Shown here in pieces: positions 52,380-62,805 of a DNA stretch of 64,000 bases. Under the pieces are notes generated by a model. That model was not told the DNA's origin. It searched no databases and worked only from the letters and a program-made list of their open reading frames with translations. The DNA is from Chlamydiales bacterium (GTDB taxonomy: Bacteria > Chlamydiota > Chlamydiia > Chlamydiales > SM23-39), in the NCBI GenBank assembly GCA_030681135.1, contig JAUXXF010000016.1:129402-193401 (forward strand), read 5' to 3'. The position numbers and the translations under genes were made by a program. Within the stretch, counting starts at the first letter, position 1. Each line of letters begins with the position of its first letter.

Positions 52380-53411
52380 TTAGCTCCAAACAAGGTTAGA
52401 GGCTGACTGGTATTCTGTCACCCTCGTCTCGAAGAAGTTTTTCTCTTTATTTAAGTCGATCATTTCACTCATCCATGGGAATGGATTTTTGGAGTGGTAG
52501 ATCGCTTTAAGTCCAATTCTCTCGAGTCTTCGGTCTGCAATATGTTGCACGTAGTCACGGAACATGGGTGCTGTTAGTCCTAAGATGCCTCGAGGAAGGC
52601 AGTCTTCCGCATAGCGGATTTCGAGTTCTACTGCTTGCTGGACTTTCGCAACGATATAATCTTGAAACGCTGGAGTCCATAGATCGGGGTTTTCCTCTTT
52701 AATGGTATTGATCAAATCAATGCCAAAATTCAGATGGACTGTTTCATCTCGTAAGATATATTGAAATTGCTCTCCAATGCCTACCATTTTATTTTGACGT
52801 AAAAATGAGAGGATCATGGCAAAGCCGCTGTAGAAGAAAATCCCTTCCATGATGATATAGAACCCAATCAGGTTCTCGAGGAATTTTTGAGCCCCTTCTG
52901 TTGTGGAGGTCGTAAAATGGGGGTCGAGTACGTCCGCCGTGAGAGTCATCTCAAAGGCATCTTTATCGTGGATGGTATTGATTTCATTATACATGTTGAA
53001 CACTTCCCCTTGATCGAGCGTCAAGGATTCTACGATGTATAAGAAGGCATGCGTATGGATCGCTTCTTCAAAACCTTGTCTAAGTAGATATTGTCTTGCC
53101 TCAGGATTTGTGATGTGTCGGAAAATGGCGAGCACAATGTTATTGCCCACCAAGCTCTCTGCTGTTGCAAAAAAACCTAAGTTACGCATGATGACGCGCC
53201 GCTCATCTGCATTGAGGGCGTTGGATTTCCAAATCTCAATGTCTTTTCCCATCGGCACTTCATTGGGCATCCAGTGGTTTGCGCAGCCATTGAGGTAATG
53301 TTCCCAAGCCCAGGTATATTTTAAGGGCATGAGTTGATTGACATCTACAGCATGACAATTAATAAGTCGCTTGCTTGATACATCGACTCGGTTTTCTTTC
53401 TTATTAGTCAT
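52380..53411 (-). CDS. nrdB: Ribonucleotide reductase small subunit, class Ic-type (Phe at the radical-Tyr position)
   Basis: This is a ferritin-like R2. [12 protein letters not shown] aligns with E. coli SETIHSRSYTHI, so Tyr122 is replaced by Phe. TAESLVG has Glu where E. coli has ligand Asp84. Both are signatures of the chlamydial Mn/Fe R2c. Confidence 0.92.
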   Translation of the reverse strand: MTNKKENRVDVSSKRLINCHAVDVNQLMPLKYTWAWEHYLNGCANHWMPNEVPMGKDIEIWKSNALNADERRVIMRNLGFFATAESLVGNNIVLAIFRHITNPEARQYLLRQGFEEAIHTHAFLYIVESLTLDQGEVFNMYNEINTIHDKDAFEMTLTADVLDPHFTTSTTEGAQKFLENLIGFYIIMEGIFFYSGFAMILSFLRQNKMVGIGEQFQYILRDETVHLNFGIDLINTIKEENPDLWTPAFQDYIVAKVQQAVELEIRYAEDCLPRGILGLTAPMFRDYVQHIADRRLERIGLKAIYHSKNPFPWMSEMIDLNKEKNFFETRVTEYQSASNLVWS

Positions 53412-53454
53412 TTTTTCCCTTTGAATTTTGCTGTTGAACTAAGAGACTGTCGTT

Positions 53455-53489
53455 GAAAAAAGGCTTCTGCCGATTTGAATCGACAGAAG
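53455..53489 (-). terminator. Intercistronic hairpin plus T-run between nrdA and nrdB (possible attenuator or partial terminator)
   Basis: On the minus strand, cttctgtcgat tcaa atcggcagaag (one mismatch) is followed by ccttttttc. Confidence 0.35.
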
Positions 53490-53509
53490 CTGGGTGGACA
53501 ACGAACTCT

Positions 53510-56500
53510 CTATTGGCAGCTTTCGCAGCCTTCTCCTAGGTTACAAACCGTGGGAGATTTTTGCTCTCTTTCTACTTTAATGTTGCTTGAAGCTGATTTG
53601 CTCTTCATCCAGCGAGGTTGCAATCCTCGTTTGTTAATATCAATGGATGATTTTTCAATTTGCGTAGCACCTAAAGAACGTAAATAATAATAGGTTTTAA
53701 GCCCTTTTTCCCAACCGAGCATATACATCTGATGGAGTTTTTTTCCGCTCGGCTCAGAGAGGTATAAATTCAGCGACTGTCCCATATCGATCCATTTTTG
53801 TCTTCGAGCTGCGCATTCGATGAGCCATTCTGGTTCGATTTCAAAGGCGTTGAGGAACAGTTGTTTGATGGGAGCTGGAATCCGTTCGATTTCTCGGATA
53901 GAGCCATCAAAATACTTTAAATCATCAATCATCTCTTCATCCCATAGGTTTTCCGCTTTTAAACGTTCAACCAGGTGGGGGTTAGTGGTCGTAAATTCTC
54001 CAGAGAGGTTCGATTTGACAAACAGGTGTTTATATATCGGTTCAATGGAAGGAATGACCCCTGTGATGTTAGCGATTGTGGCGGTTGGAGCTATAGCCAT
54101 TGTATTGCTATTTCTCATCCCATGTTTAGCAACAGCTTCTCTAGCGATCTTCCAGTCCATCGACGTATTTCGATTGACATCTACGGGGACCCCTCTCTCT
54201 TGTTCCAAAAGATCAATGGTATCGATAGGAAGATATCCTCTATCCCATTTAGATCCCTTGTAAGTAGGATAAGTTCCTTTTTCTTTAGCTAGTTCGGTAG
54301 AGGCCAAGATGGCGTAAAAAGAGATCATCTCCATGCTTTTGTCTGCAAACTCCACTGCCTCATGGCTGGCGTAGCTGATATTTTGCATGTAGAGCGCATC
54401 TTGAAAGCCCATGAGTCCAAGGCCGATAGGGCGATGTCGCAGATTGGAGTTTTTCGCTTCGACAGTTGGATAAAAATTGATGTCGATCACATTATCGAGC
54501 ATCCTGACAGCAGCTTTGATCGTTGTAGCAAGCAGCTTTTCATCGAGTCCTTTGCTTGTCATGTGTTTGGCAAGATTAATGGAGCCCAAGTTGCATACGG
54601 CTGTCTCTTCCATCGATGAATTGAGGAGAATCTCAGTACATAAGTTGGAAGAGTGGACAACTCCTTGATGGTCTTGAGGTGAGCGGATATTAGAAGGATC
54701 TTTAAACGTAATCCAAGGGTGCCCTGTTTCAAATAACATGCTGAGCATTTTACGCCAGAGCTGAAGAGCCTCGATCCGTTTAAAGAGTTTAATCTTTCCG
54801 GTATCTGCCATCTGTTCGTATTCTGCATATCTTGTTTCAAAGGCCTTTCCATAAAGATCATGAAGATCTGGGACGTCACTTGGGCTAAAAAGAGTCCAAA
54901 GGCCGCCTTCTCTCACGCGCTTCATGAAGAGATCTGGAATCCAATTCGCTGTATTCATATCGTGGGTTCGCCGTCTTTCATCGCCTGTATTTTTGCGCAG
55001 CTCCAAAAAGTCTTCGATGTCCAGATGCCAGGTTTCTAAATAGGCGCACATGGCTCCCTTACGTTTTCCACCCTGGTTGACTGCTACTGCAGTATCATTA
55101 GCCACTTTTAGAAAGGGGATGACACCTTGTGAGGTTCCATTTGTTCCTTTGATCCTGGCGCCAGTGGCTCGAACATTTGTCCAATCATTGCCGATACCTC
55201 CAGCCCATTTGGAAAGCTGGGCATCGTCGGCGACTACTTTAAAAATATGGTGAAGGTCATCCATGACGGTTGATAAATAACAAGAACTCAGCTGTGAGTG
55301 GAGCGTTCCGGAGTTAAATAAGGTGGGCGTAGAAGAGGTGAAGTAAAATTGGGATAAGACATGATAAAACTCAATGGCTCTTTCTGTTTTTTGTTCTCCT
55401 TCTTCTATGGAAAGCCCCATCGCTACTCGCATCCAGAAAATTTGTGGGGTCTCTAATCTTCGCTGTTCGTGATGCAGAAAATACCGGTCATAAAGGGTTT
55501 GCAATCCTAAATAGGTAAATAGATCATCTCGGGATAAATCGAGGGCCTCCGATAGGGCGTCTAGATCAAAATCGAGCAAAGCCGGAGACATCCGCTCTAA
55601 AGAGATCCCTTCTTTGATCGTTTTTTTAAAATATTTTTGGTGCGCTTTTTTGAGCGTGTTATCAGAGGCTGAAAGGCCTAAGGTCTCTCGATAGATGCTG
55701 TCTAAGAGAAGGCGAGCTGCTACTTGAGAGTAGGCTGGCTCTTTTTCAATTTTACCGCGCGCTGCCATGATGTGGGTCAAATCCACTTCTTCCTCTTTGA
55801 TCCCTACATAAAACTGGGCGATGGAGGCTTCGAAGAGTTCGTTGGCCGATACGACCTGTTCGAGTCCTTTACAAGCAAATTCAAGTTTCTTGCGCAGGTG
55901 TCTTTCGTTGATGACAATCGTTTTTCCTTCAGTGTTAATCGCTTCGAATTCCCGGGTAGAGAGGTGTTCTTCCAGAGAAGGAGGTTCGAGGTGTTCATTT
56001 TTTTCTGCTCGATAGAGGATGTAGTTTTTGGCTACGTCGAAATGCTTTTCGCTCATGAGCTCTTGTTCAATCAGGTCCTCTACAGTGTCGATATAGAGGG
56101 TCTCTCCTTGAGAAGAGAGGGAAAGCATGGAACCCACAATTTTTTTTGTGAGTAGATTGACGGCTTCGAGTACTTCATCAGGAGATTGTTCTTCAATACG
56201 GCGAGCTCTTCGAAAGGCTCTCTCTATTGAGGAGGCGATTTTCATGGGATTGAAGCGGGTAGGGGTCGTTTTGCCTTTTCTTGATATTTTTAGATGTTGC
56301 GCCTCTTCTTGGCGAGATGCTTTGCGACTGTCGCGATAAATAATGTAATCTCTCGCCACATCATGATAGCCGTTTTTCATTAAAGCGATTTCAACGACGT
56401 CTTGAATTCCTTCCACTGTCAAGCAAGCGCCCTTAGAAGCTAAGCTAAGCGCCTGTTTTACAACTTGGCTTGTGATTTGATCGATGGTTGTTTGAAGCTC

Positions 56501-56731
56501 TTTATCCAAGCTGGCCGATTCTGCAATCTTTTTTGTATCGCGAAAAGCTGCTTCAATGGCTCGGAAAATTCTTTCTCTTCGAAAGGGCGCAAGAGTTCCG
56601 TTTCTTTTGACCACAGTATATTCTGTCTCTTTAGAAGAAACTTTTTTCCCAAACGGTTTTTCAATGTGCATTTCTGCAAGAGAAACAGATTCGAGAAAGG
56701 AGGTGGTTGTATCGCTATTTTGTTTTTTCAT
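53510..56731 (-). CDS. nrdA: Ribonucleotide reductase large subunit with three N-terminal ATP-cone domains
   Basis: 1073 aa. There are three ATP-cone-like starts ([49 protein letters not shown]). The catalytic core has NLCTEI, and the C-terminal Cys pair is CESCQ. Confidence 0.95.
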   Translation of the reverse strand: MKKQNSDTTTSFLESVSLAEMHIEKPFGKKVSSKETEYTVVKRNGTLAPFRRERIFRAIEAAFRDTKKIAESASLDKELQTTIDQITSQVVKQALSLASKGACLTVEGIQDVVEIALMKNGYHDVARDYIIYRDSRKASRQEEAQHLKISRKGKTTPTRFNPMKIASSIERAFRRARRIEEQSPDEVLEAVNLLTKKIVGSMLSLSSQGETLYIDTVEDLIEQELMSEKHFDVAKNYILYRAEKNEHLEPPSLEEHLSTREFEAINTEGKTIVINERHLRKKLEFACKGLEQVVSANELFEASIAQFYVGIKEEEVDLTHIMAARGKIEKEPAYSQVAARLLLDSIYRETLGLSASDNTLKKAHQKYFKKTIKEGISLERMSPALLDFDLDALSEALDLSRDDLFTYLGLQTLYDRYFLHHEQRRLETPQIFWMRVAMGLSIEEGEQKTERAIEFYHVLSQFYFTSSTPTLFNSGTLHSQLSSCYLSTVMDDLHHIFKVVADDAQLSKWAGGIGNDWTNVRATGARIKGTNGTSQGVIPFLKVANDTAVAVNQGGKRKGAMCAYLETWHLDIEDFLELRKNTGDERRRTHDMNTANWIPDLFMKRVREGGLWTLFSPSDVPDLHDLYGKAFETRYAEYEQMADTGKIKLFKRIEALQLWRKMLSMLFETGHPWITFKDPSNIRSPQDHQGVVHSSNLCTEILLNSSMEETAVCNLGSINLAKHMTSKGLDEKLLATTIKAAVRMLDNVIDINFYPTVEAKNSNLRHRPIGLGLMGFQDALYMQNISYASHEAVEFADKSMEMISFYAILASTELAKEKGTYPTYKGSKWDRGYLPIDTIDLLEQERGVPVDVNRNTSMDWKIAREAVAKHGMRNSNTMAIAPTATIANITGVIPSIEPIYKHLFVKSNLSGEFTTTNPHLVERLKAENLWDEEMIDDLKYFDGSIREIERIPAPIKQLFLNAFEIEPEWLIECAARRQKWIDMGQSLNLYLSEPSGKKLHQMYMLGWEKGLKTYYYLRSLGATQIEKSSIDINKRGLQPRWMKSKSASSNIKVEREQKSPTVCNLGEGCESCQ

Positions 56732-56762
56732 GGGCCTTACCTATGTTAGAGCTGAGAGCGTG

Positions 56763-56809
56763 TCTACCACATCTGGTAGATCTTTGCGTTTTGAACAACT
56801 ATATATTGT
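56763..56809. promoter_or_regulatory. Two palindromes upstream of nrdA, candidate NrdR-type operator pair
   Basis: The palindromes are tctacca catc tggtaga (56763-56780) and acaactatatattgt (56795-56809). The second resembles the AT-cored NrdR box consensus. The centres are about 34 bp apart. Confidence 0.3.
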
Positions 56810-56927
56810 AGCTAGGGTTTTGGGTCTAGAAAAAAAATACGTATTTGCAAACTTGTTCACGCAGAGCCTGTTAGCTTTCAAGAATCGGTCAAATCACAAA
56901 ATAAAGCAAGAGATCCGTGCCAAAACA

Positions 56928-57087
56928 TTGGGGCTCTGCCCCAAACCCCGCTAAAGAACTGCGTCCTTTAGAATCCTCTTTGTTTTTTTATTAAATGATC
57001 TCTTTCGCTTAGCGAAAGAGGTCGTTTAAAAATAAAAGGGGTTTCCAAAGGGCGTCAGCCTTTTGGCGGGGTTTGGGGCGGAGCCCC
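56928..57087. repeat. GGGGC-rich palindromic repeat (family B), full unit with a different central hairpin
   Basis: The arms match the other copies. The centre is gatctctttcgcttagcgaaagaggtc. It lies in the divergent nrdA / pssA intergenic region. Confidence 0.85.
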
Positions 57088-57137
57088 GATGCTAATTTCT
57101 CTTGGGATCGTAGAGGATTTGTGGTATTCTTCGGATT

Positions 57138-57974
57138 ATGAAGAAAGCTTACTTAGTCCCCAATATCATCACGGCGTTTAGTTTGGCTTGCGGGCTTTTT
57201 GTGATCTTTAAGGTCAATATGATCGAGCCTGGCTTTGGCAATTATGAGCTCGTGTATTCAGCTGCTTTGATTCTCTTGGTAGCAACAATTGCCGATTTTC
57301 TCGATGGTGCAGTGGCTCGTGCATTTCATGCAGAAAGTCAGTTTGGTCTTGTGTTTGATTCTTTGGCAGATGCGATCTCTTTTGGAGTGGCTCCTTCTGT
57401 GCTTTTGCTGAAAACGCTTTCTTTGGAGCAGGGGACCTTCCTCTCTTTTTTTAGTACGACAGGAGCGATGATTTATTCTCTTTGTGGCGTGTTGCGGCTC
57501 GTCCGATTTAGTGTGAAAGCTGCAGAAGCAAAAGGGAATGAGCAGCTGCAAGCTGCTCAAAAAAAGCATTTTACAGGTCTTCCTATTCCGGCTAGCGCCG
57601 CTGCTGCTGTATCAGTCAACTTATTTTTCCTTTCCCCTTTTGTTCGGCAATGGGTGGATTTGAATAATTCGGATCGGTCGATTTTTCTCAGCTCTGTCAT
57701 GATTGTTCTAGGGTATTTGATGGTTTGTCGTCTGAAATTTCCTAGTCTAAAATCTTTACATTTCCGCATTCCTTCGTTTCATTTGGTCTTTGTGGCCGTT
57801 GTTATCGCTGTCTTTTTGCTCTATGGAATCTTATATTTCTTCCCTTTAGTTTTGGCTTTCGTTGCTTGGGCTTATATTTTTGTCGCTTTTGTGTTGACAA
57901 TCATCCGACTGGTTGCTGGGAAAAAATCCAAGACGTTGGAAGAATTTGAGCCTGAAGCAGATGATTTTGAATAA
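57138..57974 (+). CDS. pssA: CDP-alcohol phosphatidyltransferase, phosphatidylserine synthase-like
   Basis: DFLDGAVARAFHAESQFGLVFDSLADAISFGVAP fits the motif D(x2)DG(x2)AR(x8)G(x3)D(x3)D. The protein is polytopic. Confidence 0.75.
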   Translation: MKKAYLVPNIITAFSLACGLFVIFKVNMIEPGFGNYELVYSAALILLVATIADFLDGAVARAFHAESQFGLVFDSLADAISFGVAPSVLLLKTLSLEQGTFLSFFSTTGAMIYSLCGVLRLVRFSVKAAEAKGNEQLQAAQKKHFTGLPIPASAAAAVSVNLFFLSPFVRQWVDLNNSDRSIFLSSVMIVLGYLMVCRLKFPSLKSLHFRIPSFHLVFVAVVIAVFLLYGILYFFPLVLAFVAWAYIFVAFVLTIIRLVAGKKSKTLEEFEPEADDFE

Positions 57975-59157
57975 TTTTCTGTTTTTCTTAAGCGGATGTT
58001 TTTTAGCTGCTTTATTTGGTATGGCGTGGGTTTTTCGTCGTCAGCTGCGCAAGACAAAACAAGAAATGCGCGATACCTTTCAGTCTTTATCTTTCGAGGT
58101 TCTGCAGAAAAATAGTAGGGCTTTTTTAGATGTGGCAGCAGCTCATTTGGATAAGTATCAAGCTTGTGCGAAAGAAGAGATGGATGGGCGCCAAAAAGCG
58201 ATTGCAGAGTCTTTGTTGCCTTTATATGAAACGATGCAAAAGCTCGATCTTCATCAAAGAGATTTGGAAAAAAGGCGCGAAGGAGCTTACGCTTCTGTAT
58301 CTAAACAGCTCGAGATCATGGTTGCCTCGGAAAGAGAGCTCAGAACGCAGACGCAGCAGCTCTCTCAGGCTTTGCGCTCTCCTGGCATAAGAGGATCTTG
58401 GGGGCAGATGCATCTTCGCCGCGTTGTTGAGCTTGCAGGATTATTAAATCACTGCGATTTTTCAGAGCAGCATACATCAGAATTAGAAGGGCGGATGCAA
58501 AGACCTGATGTTGTCGTTCATTTGCCTGGTCAAAGACAAATTGTCATTGATGCGAAAACACCTTTGGATGCCTATTTAGAAGCCTCGGAAGTGTCCGATG
58601 AACAGCAGCGTCGTAAGAAACTTCAGAGCCACTCTGTTGTACTTCGTAAGCATATGAAGGATTTATCTAATAAAGAATATTGGAAGCAATTTGCCCCTTC
58701 TCCTGAATATGTGATTTTATTTTTGCCTGCGGAAGCTTTTTTTAGCGCGGCTTTGGAAAGTGATCCGACGTTGATTGAAGTGGGCGCTGAACAGAATGTC
58801 ATTGTGGCAACACCTACGACACTCATTGCGATTCTTCGAGCCGTAGCTTATGGATGGAAGCAAGAGAGTCTTTCCAAAAGTGCCAAAGAAATTGCTAAAA
58901 TTGGTCAAGAGCTCTATGAGCGGGTAGGAATTGTTTGCGATCACTGGAATCGAGTGGGTCGTTCGCTAAATACTGCTGTCGAGGCTTATAACCAAAGCCT
59001 CTCGTCCTTTGAATCGCGCGTGCTTGTTTCTGCTCGAAAATTAAAGGAGACCGGCGCTGCCGCTTTTCATAAAGAGCTTACAGAACTCGCAGAGGTTGAA
59101 AAATTGGCTCGCTCTTCGCGCATCGAGAGCTTGGACAATGAGCTAACTCCCCAATAA
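57961..59157 (+). CDS. rmuC: DNA recombination protein RmuC
   Basis: It has an N-terminal TM segment, a coiled coil, and a nuclease-like core (PDVVVHLPGQRQIVIDAKTPLDAY). The ATG at 57961 overlaps the pssA stop. Confidence 0.88.
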   Translation: MILNNFLFFLSGCFLAALFGMAWVFRRQLRKTKQEMRDTFQSLSFEVLQKNSRAFLDVAAAHLDKYQACAKEEMDGRQKAIAESLLPLYETMQKLDLHQRDLEKRREGAYASVSKQLEIMVASERELRTQTQQLSQALRSPGIRGSWGQMHLRRVVELAGLLNHCDFSEQHTSELEGRMQRPDVVVHLPGQRQIVIDAKTPLDAYLEASEVSDEQQRRKKLQSHSVVLRKHMKDLSNKEYWKQFAPSPEYVILFLPAEAFFSAALESDPTLIEVGAEQNVIVATPTTLIAILRAVAYGWKQESLSKSAKEIAKIGQELYERVGIVCDHWNRVGRSLNTAVEAYNQSLSSFESRVLVSARKLKETGAAAFHKELTELAEVEKLARSSRIESLDNELTPQ

Positions 59158-60448
59158 AGGTTTCATGGCTGAAGCTATGCACGTGGACTTGCTGCAAGGT
59201 TCCAATCATCGACTCATCGCCTTCAAAAATGACTTTTTTCCAGGAGCGGGTGCGTCCCTGTAAGAAACGTCCATCTTTATTACGCCGCTCTACGAGAACT
59301 TCAAAGGTGGTGCCGAGCATGAGCCCGCGCTGCTCATTGGCAACTTCATCTTGGAGGTTTAAGAGCCTTTGGAGTCTGTCTTGCTTGACTTCAGGAGCGA
59401 TATCATCTTTCCATCGCATCGCAGGAGTTCCTTTCCGAGGACTATAGGTATAGATAAAGGCTATGGAGTAGCGGACTTGCTTCATGACCTCAAAAGTTTC
59501 AAGAAACTCTTCTTCGGTTTCAGTTGGAAATCCGACAATAATATCGGTGCCTAAAGAGACGTTAGGAACAATCTCTTTTAAAAGTTGCACTTTTTCTAGG
59601 TACTGTTCTTTGGTGTAGATTCGGTGCATTTTCTTGAGAATGCGACTTGAACCTGCCTGAATAGGGAAGTGAACGAACTCACAGAGCGAGGGCAGATCGC
59701 GAATCGCTTGCATCAATTCCACAGTGATATCGATTGGATGGGAGGTCATAAAGCGAATCCGCGCCATCCCTGGGATTTTGTCTATCTGATAGAGAAGGTC
59801 GTGAAAAAGGCAATTCCATTCAGGTTTGTCTTTCCCGTAACTATTGACGTTTTGTCCGAGTAAAGTGATTTCTTTATACCCGGCGTCGACAAGGCGTCTG
59901 CATTCTTCAAGGATACTTTCTGGGGGACGGGAAACCTCTTGGCCTCGGGTATAAGGGACGACGCAGTAGGTGCAAAATTTATCGCAGCCCCGAATGATAG
60001 AGACTTGGGCCTTAATTTTGTTGTCCCTCTTGGCGATGAGGTAGTCAAGATTTTCTTCAAAATGGTCGTCTGTTTTAAACACAGGTTTTTTTGTATATAA
60101 GACCTGGTCGATGACAGTGCCAAGATCTGTGATATTATTGGTCCCCAGAACAAAGTCTAGGTGAGGGAATTTTCGGAAAAGAGCGTCTTTTTTTGCCATG
60201 GCCATGCAGCCCGTAACCCCGATGATGGCGTTATGCTTTCCGCTCCGGCCGATGCGGCCGAGCTTTCCCATGACTTTGCGCTCAGCTAAATCCCTGATAG
60301 AGCAGGTGTTGAAAATCAGCAGGTCGGCTTCTTCTTCGCCCTCAGCGGCAACGAGCCCCCGTTTTTCCAGCTGGCCAGCCATGATCTCGGTGTCGAGCTC
60401 GTTCATCTGGCAGCCGTAGGTGCGAATAAAATAAGTTTTTGGTTCCAT
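59078..60448 (-). CDS. miaB: tRNA methylthiotransferase (radical SAM) MiaB
   Basis: It has an N-terminal TYGCQMN, the radical-SAM motif CDKFCTYCVVP, and a TRAM-like C-terminus. The ATG at 60448 gives MEPKTYFIRTYGCQMN. Confidence 0.9.
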   Translation of the reverse strand: MEPKTYFIRTYGCQMNELDTEIMAGQLEKRGLVAAEGEEEADLLIFNTCSIRDLAERKVMGKLGRIGRSGKHNAIIGVTGCMAMAKKDALFRKFPHLDFVLGTNNITDLGTVIDQVLYTKKPVFKTDDHFEENLDYLIAKRDNKIKAQVSIIRGCDKFCTYCVVPYTRGQEVSRPPESILEECRRLVDAGYKEITLLGQNVNSYGKDKPEWNCLFHDLLYQIDKIPGMARIRFMTSHPIDITVELMQAIRDLPSLCEFVHFPIQAGSSRILKKMHRIYTKEQYLEKVQLLKEIVPNVSLGTDIIVGFPTETEEEFLETFEVMKQVRYSIAFIYTYSPRKGTPAMRWKDDIAPEVKQDRLQRLLNLQDEVANEQRGLMLGTTFEVLVERRNKDGRFLQGRTRSWKKVIFEGDESMIGTLQQVHVHSFSHETFIGELAHCPSSRCAKSEPIFQPLRVL

Positions 60449-60749
60449 AAAAAACAATCTTGATCTAACAAAGATAGCAGATTTAAAGTCTTTCCTGCAA
60501 AGTAGAAAACTCTGCTTTGTAACATTTTTAGCGAGCAGATCTAGAGGGATCAGTCTACAAATTCTTCGTTTCTTTGCGAAATTCATAGCCGAAGGCTCTA
60601 TTCATGAGCAAAGAAATAAAGAATTTGTTAGTGATCCTCTCGGAGATGCCGCTACAAAAATTTACAAAGTAGAGTGAAATGGTGTTGGCAGAAAAACCAT
60701 AATCCGCTATGCTGTTGTCTTAAGTTTTTTGACGAAAAGGTCCATTCAG

Positions 60750-61196
60750 ATGAATTACACACAGAAAAGCACTCTTTTGACCAAGCAGCAGGCAAGCTCT
60801 TCCCGTAAGTGGTTGCAGCTCGATGCGACAGGTAAGACTCTCGGCCGATTTGCCGCAGAGGTGGCAAAAGTTTTAAGAGGGAAGCACCGCCCTGATTTTA
60901 CATCTCATGTCGATTGCGGAGATGGAGTTGTCATTATTAATGCCGACAAGATCAAGGTGACAGGGATGAAAGAGGCTCGCAAGATCTATCACACCTATAC
61001 GGGATATGTTGGCGGAATGAAAGAAACGCCTTATAGAACGATGATGGCTCGTAAGCCTGACTATATTTTAAGAAGAGCGATCCAGGGGATGATGCCTAAG
61101 ACCCGTCTTGGATCTCAGCAGCTGAAGAAATTGCGCATTCAGGCTGGCTCCGATCACGATTACCGAGCGCAGAATCCGCAAGTTGCAACTATTTAA
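60750..61196 (+). CDS. rplM: 50S ribosomal protein L13
   Basis: The ATG at 60750 gives a typical L13: WLQLDATGKTLGRFAAEVAKVLRGKHRPDFTSHVDCGD. Confidence 0.95.
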   Translation: MNYTQKSTLLTKQQASSSRKWLQLDATGKTLGRFAAEVAKVLRGKHRPDFTSHVDCGDGVVIINADKIKVTGMKEARKIYHTYTGYVGGMKETPYRTMMARKPDYILRRAIQGMMPKTRLGSQQLKKLRIQAGSDHDYRAQNPQVATI

Positions 61197-61205
61197 AGGA
61201 CGATT

Positions 61206-61595
61206 ATGTTGAAAGAGACAATTGGCATTGGCCGTAGAAAAACTTCTGTATCCTCCGTTCGTCTCCGCCGTGGAACTGGCGTGATCGATGTGAATGGACG
61301 TCCCTTTGAGGAGTATTTTCCTCTTCCATTGCAAAGAGATGAGATTTTGGCCCCTTTGAAAAAATTTGGGCAGGTGGACAAGTCTGATTTGATTATTCGC
61401 GTAAAAGGCGGAGGCATTGAAGGACAAGTCATCGCAACTCGTCTTGGTATTAGCCGAGCTCTTGTGCAAGAAAACGAAGAGATCCGTGGTGAATTAAAGG
61501 AACTAGGGTATTTGACACGCGATCCTCGTAGAAGAGAGCGTAAAAAATACGGTAGAGCTGGCGCTCGTAAGCGATTCCAATTCTCGAAACGATAA
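61206..61595 (+). CDS. rpsI: 30S ribosomal protein S9
   Basis: It contains [12 protein letters not shown] and ends [18 protein letters not shown]. Confidence 0.95.
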   Translation: MLKETIGIGRRKTSVSSVRLRRGTGVIDVNGRPFEEYFPLPLQRDEILAPLKKFGQVDKSDLIIRVKGGGIEGQVIATRLGISRALVQENEEIRGELKELGYLTRDPRRRERKKYGRAGARKRFQFSKR

Positions 61596-61618
61596 TTCTT
61601 TATGCCAAATGCCTGCGA

Positions 61619-61649
61619 GAAACCTTCTTCTTTTTCGCAAGAAGGTTTC
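61619..61649 (+). terminator. 11-bp hairpin after rpsI (no clear U-tract)
   Basis: The stem gaaaccttctt / aagaaggtttc has a 9-nt loop and starts 24 nt after the rpsI stop. Confidence 0.35.
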
Positions 61650-61886
61650 AGGCAGGCTCCCCCTCCTCTTCCTCCAAGACAACATGCTCCTGAAAGAATT
61701 CAGGTAGAACGACTTGTTCGATTATTGCTAAGGGAGGGAGATGATCTCCCAGGAAGTGTAAACGATTTTACAATCTCTTGTGATCTTCTCATTTGTTGCC
61801 CTTTTATTTCTTCTTCTGTTTCCTCATTCTTTTCTCGTAGATAGCATCTTCTTGCGTTTAAAACCCAGTTTAGTTATTCGGAAATC

Positions 61887-62351
61887 ATGGAAGGCAAGCC
61901 TGTATCCGCATCTTGTATTATTGATCAAGTCGTTGAGATTTTTCCCAACGATCTAAATTCACATGGGACCCTATTTGGAGGACGCATGATGCAAATTGTC
62001 GATGCTCTGGCAGCGATTGTTGCAAAAAGACATTCGGGAAGGGTGTGCGTCACGTTAGGGATTGATTCTGTCCGTTTTCTCAATCCTGCTCATCATGGAG
62101 ATATTTTGGTGTGTATGGCCTCTGTGAACCGCGCTTGGAATACTTCTATGGAAGTGGGGGTTAAGGTGATCGCTGAAGATTTTAGGACTCTTGACCATAA
62201 ACATATCTTGTCTGCCTATTTCACGTTTGTGGCCTTAGATGACAATAATGAGCCCATTGAAATTATCCCCGTCATTCCGGAGACACCTGAGCAAGTTCAG
62301 CGCTATCAGGCTGCTGATGTGCGTCGCAAACACCGCTTGTCTTTAAAATAA
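61887..62351 (+). CDS. Hotdog-fold acyl-CoA thioesterase (YciA-like)
   Basis: The 154-aa protein contains NSHGTLFGGRMMQIVDALAAIVA and SVNRAWNTSMEVGV. Confidence 0.85.
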   Translation: MEGKPVSASCIIDQVVEIFPNDLNSHGTLFGGRMMQIVDALAAIVAKRHSGRVCVTLGIDSVRFLNPAHHGDILVCMASVNRAWNTSMEVGVKVIAEDFRTLDHKHILSAYFTFVALDDNNEPIEIIPVIPETPEQVQRYQAADVRRKHRLSLK

Positions 62352-62364
62352 GTTAAAAGTCATA

Positions 62365-62461
62365 AATCTCCTTGTGTAATTTTATCGCTCCAATCTTTAT
62401 GTTCTTCTGCAAAGGCGCTAAAAAATTGTACTGCGAAGATATTGTCTAGGGCATAAATATG
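62365..62461 (-). pseudogene. About 97-bp duplicated fragment of the M32 carboxypeptidase gene
   Basis: aaatctccttgtgtaattttatcgctccaatctttatgttcttctgcaaaggcgctaaaaaattgtactgcgaagatattgtctagggcataa matches 62960-63056 inside the intact gene with scattered substitutions. The two copies are in direct orientation. Confidence 0.7.
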
Positions 62462-62512
62462 TACACATAAACGAATGGATCGTTTATAAAAAATCGTTTA
62501 CTGGGTAAAAAT

Positions 62513-62707
62513 ATGAGCCATGAGTTGAAGTTTTTTTTTATCAGATTAGCCACGCTACTTGTCCTAACTCCCATTCTCGGCTTGGGCCTTCTTCATTATT
62601 TTGAATATTTTGAGCGGATTTGGAAGACTAATAACCGGAGGAAAAAATGGTTAGTGACGTGCGTACTTTTCTTTATGCTAGCTTGTTTAGGCGGATTTCT
62701 TCGGTAG
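62513..62707 (+). CDS. Small hydrophobic ORF, doubtful
   Basis: The 64-aa ORF has 2 hydrophobic segments and no recognisable RBS. It lies between the duplicated fragment and the intact M32 gene. Confidence 0.25.
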   Translation: MSHELKFFFIRLATLLVLTPILGLGLLHYFEYFERIWKTNNRRKKWLVTCVLFFMLACLGGFLR

Positions 62708-62805
62708 CGGTAACTAGTGTGTGTATCTGTGTTCTGTTCCGCACTCTGCGCTCTGTTTGGTGATTGATGAATCTTTATCTAAGGAATTTGTTAGAGGCAT
62801 TTTTT

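Noticed and set aside
61602-61844. 80-aa ORF after rpsI
   Set aside because: It starts inside the hairpin that follows rpsI, is Pro/Ser-rich and of low complexity, and has no RBS. I could not support it as a gene, though I cannot exclude it.
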